A DNA stretch of 60,855 nucleotides, filler included, from Dugesia japonica (lineage: Eukaryota), in NCBI GenBank assembly GCA_001938525.1. It is 6 parts of 6 records of this genome, joined end to end, with 100 filler letters (N's around TTAATTAATTAA, not from the genome) between each part and the next. Parts side by side here need not be neighbours in the genome. Positions count along the whole stretch, not along the records: positions 51,046 to 60,855 come from MQRL01624628.1; 5 more parts are not named here. One strand, 5' to 3'. Of this stretch, positions 55,441 to 60,855 are shown in pieces. A program made the position numbers and the translations under genes. The notes beneath the pieces are model-generated. The model ran no database searches. It was not told the DNA's origin and worked only from the letters and a program-made list of their open reading frames with translations. Every line of letters begins with the position of its first letter. The stretch's first letter is position 1.

Positions 55441-55675
55441 CTAAAAAACTAATTACAATAAATAACATTTATTTCAACAACAACTGTTTTTCTTTTCTTC
55501 CTCCAGATGGATTTCTATTGGTTCCTAGATTGCTATTGGTTCCTGAATTTCTATTGGTTCTATCCCTTCTACAACCAATAAAAATTATACAAACATACAT
55601 AAATAGTATATAAATAGAAATTCTTTTAAATATTTCATTATTTTCAAAATGGTNNNNNNNNNNNNNNNNNNNNNN

Positions 55676-56175
55676 AAACAATATGAAATGCTCAAGCAGA
55701 TAGATATATGTAACAAAGATAATGAAGATTCTCTACCAAATGCTGGATACAAAGTATTGTCAATCATAAATCAAGCCTTTACACTGAAGTATATGGATCA
55801 TTTGAATAGATGTATAGTAAATAAAGCAAAGAGAAGAAAAATAGAATACAATCTAAAACCCTTTATGAATGCAATAACAGAAATATCCAATAACGAAATT
55901 TTGTTGTATCGATATAAGTTGGAGAAGAAACTACAAAAGGGACTTCATGCTTTGATAGAAATTCAATTTCTTGATAATTTGGTGGTAATAATATTATTAA
56001 TTTTAATACAATAATATTATTTAATTAGGTATTAGGAAAAGAAGAAACTATTAAAAAACTTGAATTCGATTCAAAGGTTCTTGAAAACATAACGTTTTTG
56101 ATGAAAAACTTGGTTTGGTTTTTTGAACTTGATCCACCAACAGCAGTTATCGAGATTTATAAGGAAAAAAAGTAA
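55676..56175 (+). CDS. Uncharacterised Polinton accessory ORF, probably spliced (intron 55985-56028)
   Basis: About 100-aa open frame. Removing a 44-nt GTAATA...TTAG segment joins it in phase to a further 48 open codons. No recognisable domain. Confidence 0.4.
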
Positions 56176-56955
56176 ATATTACTAATAAATTGAACATGGT
56201 CATACAATATCAGAGTCCAGAGATAATTAAAATTAACAGAACAAATGTTAAAATGCAAGCTCTATCCATTGTATTTGGTAAGCAAAGTCAGTGTCGTGTG
56301 GATAGAAAGTAAAATATCGGTATTATATTTTTTATTTATGTAAACTTATTAATTATTAGNTTAGATCCAGTATGCAATGTCAAACAATCACACCAACATC
56401 TTGTTTTTTGGTTGTAAAATATATGATTTTATTGTTGTATTTTTATGTGTTATTTTTTTTCAATGTATTAATAAATGTTTTTTATCAAAGACTTTTTTTT
56501 ATTTTAAACATACAGTTTTTTAATTAAATTACCTTCTTGAATTGTTGGTAATATTTTTACTTCGGATACGAAATAATTTCTTTCCATATTTTCAAGCATT
56601 TCTTCTATAATTAGGTCCAAATTCATTATTAATTTTGTTTATATTTAAAATGCATGTGTCACTCACAATGCATGCTTACGTCTTGCACAATGTCTGTTTG
56701 CATTAAAAAAAACTTATTAAATAATAATAAAAAAATGTTAATAACAACTTTTATTTAATTAAATACATTTATGCACAATTATGGCCCTAAAGAGGACCGG
56801 TTATACGTTCGCAATGTTTTCCTTTTTTGTATTCATAATATAAACAAAAACAAATAAAATAATATTTAAAAATTCAATAAAATAACTACCATTGTTTGAG
56901 ATTTTGTTCTTGACCAGACTGGATCGAATGAAAGGTTTTATGGCAAAAAGAATAA

Positions 56956-59200
56956 CTATGTGATACTATAGTGACCATATGGGACACTTTTATTTTTGCT
57001 TACCCATATTCGCTTATCGTCTGTATTTGTTAGTGCTAATTTTCTCGATTTAATGCTGTAGAGCTGATGATTTTTAGATGTTTATCTAAATTGCTCTACT
57101 GATACCGATTTGTTCTCATTATAACAGTCAAGTAAAGACTGATGAGAAATTTCAGTGTTCTTCAATGTTATACCTTTGGATCTCATGCTGTTCTTTTCTC
57201 CGAGCAGGCTATAGGATTTCGGTCTCAAAAATATCCATACTTGATACTTCTTCCTTTTATTCTCATCTTTGAATTTCCCTATAACTGAGTTCATGCTGTT
57301 ACTATAATGGGTATGATCTTTATCATAATTCGAAGTATCAAGTTGCTGATCTCTCACCATACTTGCTGTTATTTTTTCTTATTTATTATTTTCTATTTCT
57401 AGAAAAAACTAACTGTATTGCCGGCTACAATATTAATTTTACATTGAAATTCTTTCCTATACTTGTCCAACTCAATGTACTGAAGTTTGTACANNNNNNN
57501 NNNNNNNNNNNNNNNNNNNNNNNNNNNNNNNNNNNNNNNNNNNNNNNNNNNNNNNNNNNNNNNNNNNNNNNNNNNNNNNNNNNNNNNNNNNNNNNNNNNN
57601 NNNNNNNNNNNNNNNNNNNNNNNNNNNNNNNNNNNNNNNNNNNNNNNNNNNNNNNNNNNNNNNNNNNNNNNNNNNNNNNNNNNNNNNNNNNNNNNNNNNN
57701 NNNNCATATAAACTGTTGTTTAACAGTTTATAATAATTATTTTCCAATTCAGTAACACAATTTGATCTGAGAATTGTGTTGATGTTGATATAATTCTCGA
57801 AAAATGAAGACTAGCTGAATTTAACTGCTCGATGAACCTCTATTACTTTAACTCCTAAACTTAAATACATTTGCAGCAATCTCCAGTGCACTACGTAATG
57901 GTTTTTGGAGTTAACATTAATTTCTTCACTTTACAACCTGGAGCGCTTCTATGTTCTGCTGCAACCGGCAAATCATTCAAATAATCATGAATTTCTGCAG
58001 GAATCACCATGTCAACCTCTTGAGTGTATCCATACGACAATGAATATAGGTCTGCATTCTTACACTCTTCCAAAACCCTATCAAATCCATCATAGACCCA
58101 TTCCAAATTTGCAAAGGATAACTTTTGACTAAGTGCCCAGCCATATATATTATTAATATCTATATACAAAAAGTCAACATTTTCACTAGTAGCAACATGG
58201 TGCTTGTTAACGAATGTTAACCCTCTTCTTATACCTCCTTCGAAAAATGTATACATATCATTATCTTGAAGCAGCTCAATTAGTTTTTCTAATGACATAA
58301 ACGTAGATCCCCATGACATTCCAAGTATTCCAAAGAAATTAAACGGCTCCAAGTTGTTGTGTTCTAAAGACTTTGCACGGAATTTTGAAAGAAATATCCT
58401 AGAAAATACACATCTAGGTTTAAATATAACATCATATAGTCCAGAAATTTTTACATGAAAAAATTTCCCACATCGATAAGGCTTTCTCATACTCTTCCCT
58501 ACTAACTTCCTCCCATTTTGGTGGCATTTGCTTTGTTTCTTCCANNNNNNNNNNNNNNNNNNNNNNNNNNNNNNNNNNNNNNNNNNNNNNNNNNNNNNNN
58601 NNNNNNNNNNNNNNNNNNNNNNNNNNNNNNNNNNNNNNNNNNNAGGATTTAACAGCAGAGTCCAATGAGGAATTTATGAACTGATAACTGTCAATGAATT
58701 AAATTGTTGTTCGATTTTGTCGTACAATTAAACATAGAAATTTTTCTGATATTGTTGGGATGCAGGATATTGTCCAATTCTTGAACTTATTAATGCCATA
58801 CTTGAGGATATGATGTCGATCATATTTTCGTAATTTATGAAAGACCCCTGGTAGTTGAATATACAATTTTCTACTTAAATTGCATTGATTGCATGCTGCT
58901 CTTTTATATTTTCCTGTGAAATGGTCATGGTCGCGAACAGTATCTCTTATTTCCTTCTTACATAAATAACACGTTTTTGCAGCTTTGAATTCTTTATCTT
59001 GATCTATTGTTATTATAATTTTCTTTTTTTCATTCGTTTTATAATAAGGAAACACTATGTTTTCGCTTATTTTCTCCACAGCCTTTAAACAATTATTCAC
59101 ACAGTCATCTCCAATAAACTGCCTGTATGTTGATTCATTTGTAAAATTATTTACCAACAACAGACCAGCCGAAACGGTAAATGTTTCTGGAAATGCTTCT
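56956..59200 (-). pseudogene. Protein-primed family B DNA polymerase (pPolB) with EndoVII/HNH-like Zn domain
   Basis: CYLC...VRDHDHFTGKYKRAACNQCNL, exonuclease VFHKLRKYDRH and FIDSYQF, DMYTFFEGGIRRG, motif A YIDINNIYGWALSQ, degenerate motif C AGNTVS, IGKFKDE, LRPKSYS, DDKR...PYGHY. Confidence 0.93.
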
Positions 59201-60089
59201 CATTTGGAGGTAAAACCGGCTCAAAATCACATAAAAAATTACATTGACGATGCAATTTTTAATAAAAAGTTATTTTAGTGTTGCAATTTTAAATAAAAAA
59301 TCTCATTAGCGTTGTAATTTTCCAAAAAAATTCATAATGGTGATGCAATTTTCTCAGAAAAATTATAAAAGCATAGACTTTTTCATTAAAAAAATCATAG
59401 AGCATTTCTTCTTCATAACATAGAACATTTCTGGATAATATAGAGCATTTCTTCTTCATAACATAGCATGTCATATTTGTTCTTCATAATAAATTAACAG
59501 TTTTAATTTATTAAAATTTAACTTAAAAAATATTTAAAAATATAATAAAATCAAAATGACTAACGTAAATCACCATTCACAATCATCTGAGATCCTTCAC
59601 CTATATGTTGTATTTCGCTAAAATTATAAATTACATAATTAATTTATTAATAATAAATAATAACAATATTACAACATTCATAGTTGAAATAAGTCTTCTT
59701 CCATTTTGTTTATAAGAATTCATGTTTATTCTAAAAAATTAAAGTTAATAATGTTAATAACAAATTACTTTACGCTCACTTGTTTTCTTAAAATAATTTG
59801 AAATTGTGATGAATAATAATAAATTTACCAAGGTTTTCAAATATATCCAATCAAATCTAACCAATCAAATTAGAGTATGTGTGTATTTTAAAATATTGCA
59901 GACATAATACGTTGTGGTATTTTAAATTTATTTTACAAAATACAGATATATTACGTTGCAGTATTTTAAATTAGTTTTTTTGATAATACGTGTCAAAATA
60001 ATAAAATAAAACATGTATTATTAGCAAATTACTTACAATTATTTTATAAATAACAAAGATTTCCTTTCAATAAAGAACATTTATTTTTT

Positions 60090-60498
60090 ACAACAAGAAC
60101 AAATAAATATTGTCAAGTTTAATGTTGTTTTTTCAACCATAATAAACTTTTGACCACATGTAGTTGTAAATGGATCTTGATATCGGATTTTAATGTAGAC
60201 TATTGGTTTTGATATTTTTGATAAGTGTGACACCAACATTGATGGATAATAAAATGCTAATGGATCGAATACTAGTATTTGAGCAGGTTTATTGTTAACA
60301 GCTATCTAATGTTCTTCACGTATATTTTATGTATGAGTATTGACAATTAAGGCATTGTTTACTGGAATATATTTTGGAAGTTTATCTACTGCATAAACAC
60401 CTAACCATGCTGATCCAAGCCACTATGATGCAATCCGATCAATCTGAATAGTACTATTAAAATAAAAATCATTAATATTAAAAAAACACTTACTTCAT
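60090..60498 (-). pseudogene. Adenain-like capsid maturation cysteine protease (PRO), two predicted exons (60498-60494; 60453 to about 60090)
   Basis: MN/TIQIDRIAS*WLGSAWLGVYAVDKLP...LIVNTHT*NIREEH*IAV...VFDPLAFYY...YQDPFTTTCGQ; catalytic H, D, Q and C motifs present. Confidence 0.85.
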
Positions 60499-60531
60499 AA
60501 CATATACCAATTACACAACATATTGTTTACA

Positions 60532-60780
60532 CTAATACTGTTCAGTTTTTTTAATCTGAATTTCTTCTTTAAATACTCCATAAATTATAACATATGTCGA
60601 TGTGGTTAAAGCTTCGGCAAACTTGATTTCTAATCTCAAATTTCCTTGTTGAGGTAATTAACTCTAATTTATATCAAAATCTGTAGCAAGAACAAAATTT
60701 AAAAAAAGGATAATTATCCTTACAATCTTGAAGTGTTATTCCACAATTCATATTTTTATTCAAATATCCCATATTTCATA
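60532..60780 (-). pseudogene. Polinton major capsid protein, C-terminal fragment
   Basis: CGITLQD...FVLATDF...QQGNLRLEIKFAEALTTSTYVIIYGVFKEEIQI, the typical Polinton MCP C-terminus. Confidence 0.8.
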
Positions 60781-60782
60781 CT

Positions 60783-60855
60783 AGTAGTGGGATACGTCAG
60801 CACTGGCACGATGACCCCCCCGCCCCCCCCGTCGATCGTGCTAGTAATTGAAGTG
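60783..60855 (+). mobile_element. Another AGTAGT Polinton-like terminus interrupting the MCP gene
   Basis: AGTAGTGGGATACGTCAGCA followed by a C-run; resembles the 14050 terminus. Confidence 0.55.

Larger units (their letters stand above)
53961..60780 (-). mobile_element. Decayed Polinton/Maverick (endogenous adintovirus-like element), one end plus pPolB, PRO and MCP
   Basis: AGTAGATAG terminus, subterminal repeats, and co-oriented pPolB, adenain and capsid remnants with stops and frameshifts. Confidence 0.9.

Overview
AT-rich animal genomic DNA with small (about 40-50 nt) GT-AG introns and (ATT)n microsatellites. Wnt2 plus these features suggest a planarian-like flatworm, but that is inference. 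The window is six blocks of about 9-12 kb joined by artificial N44-TTAATTAATTAA-N44 linkers, so adjacency across linkers is unproven. Partial host genes: Wnt2-like (3 internal exons), an arginase-fold formiminoglutamase-like terminal exon, EDC4/Ge-1 (5' exons, plus an inverted duplicate of exon 1) and the 3' half of a PMCA Ca2+-ATPase. The rest is largely decayed mobile DNA: about 7 mariner copies, several Gypsy remnants, hAT elements and three degenerate Penelope-type minimal hammerhead ribozymes. The most interesting part is a decayed Polinton/Maverick at 53961-60780 (pPolB with an EndoVII/HNH-like Zn domain, adenain protease, major capsid C-terminus). Its protease gene appears to contain a host-style 40-nt spliceosomal intron, and its terminal region carries four E2F+CHR (DREAM-type) sites. 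Four other AGTA-type Polinton-like termini occur in the window, one linked to a second protease remnant.
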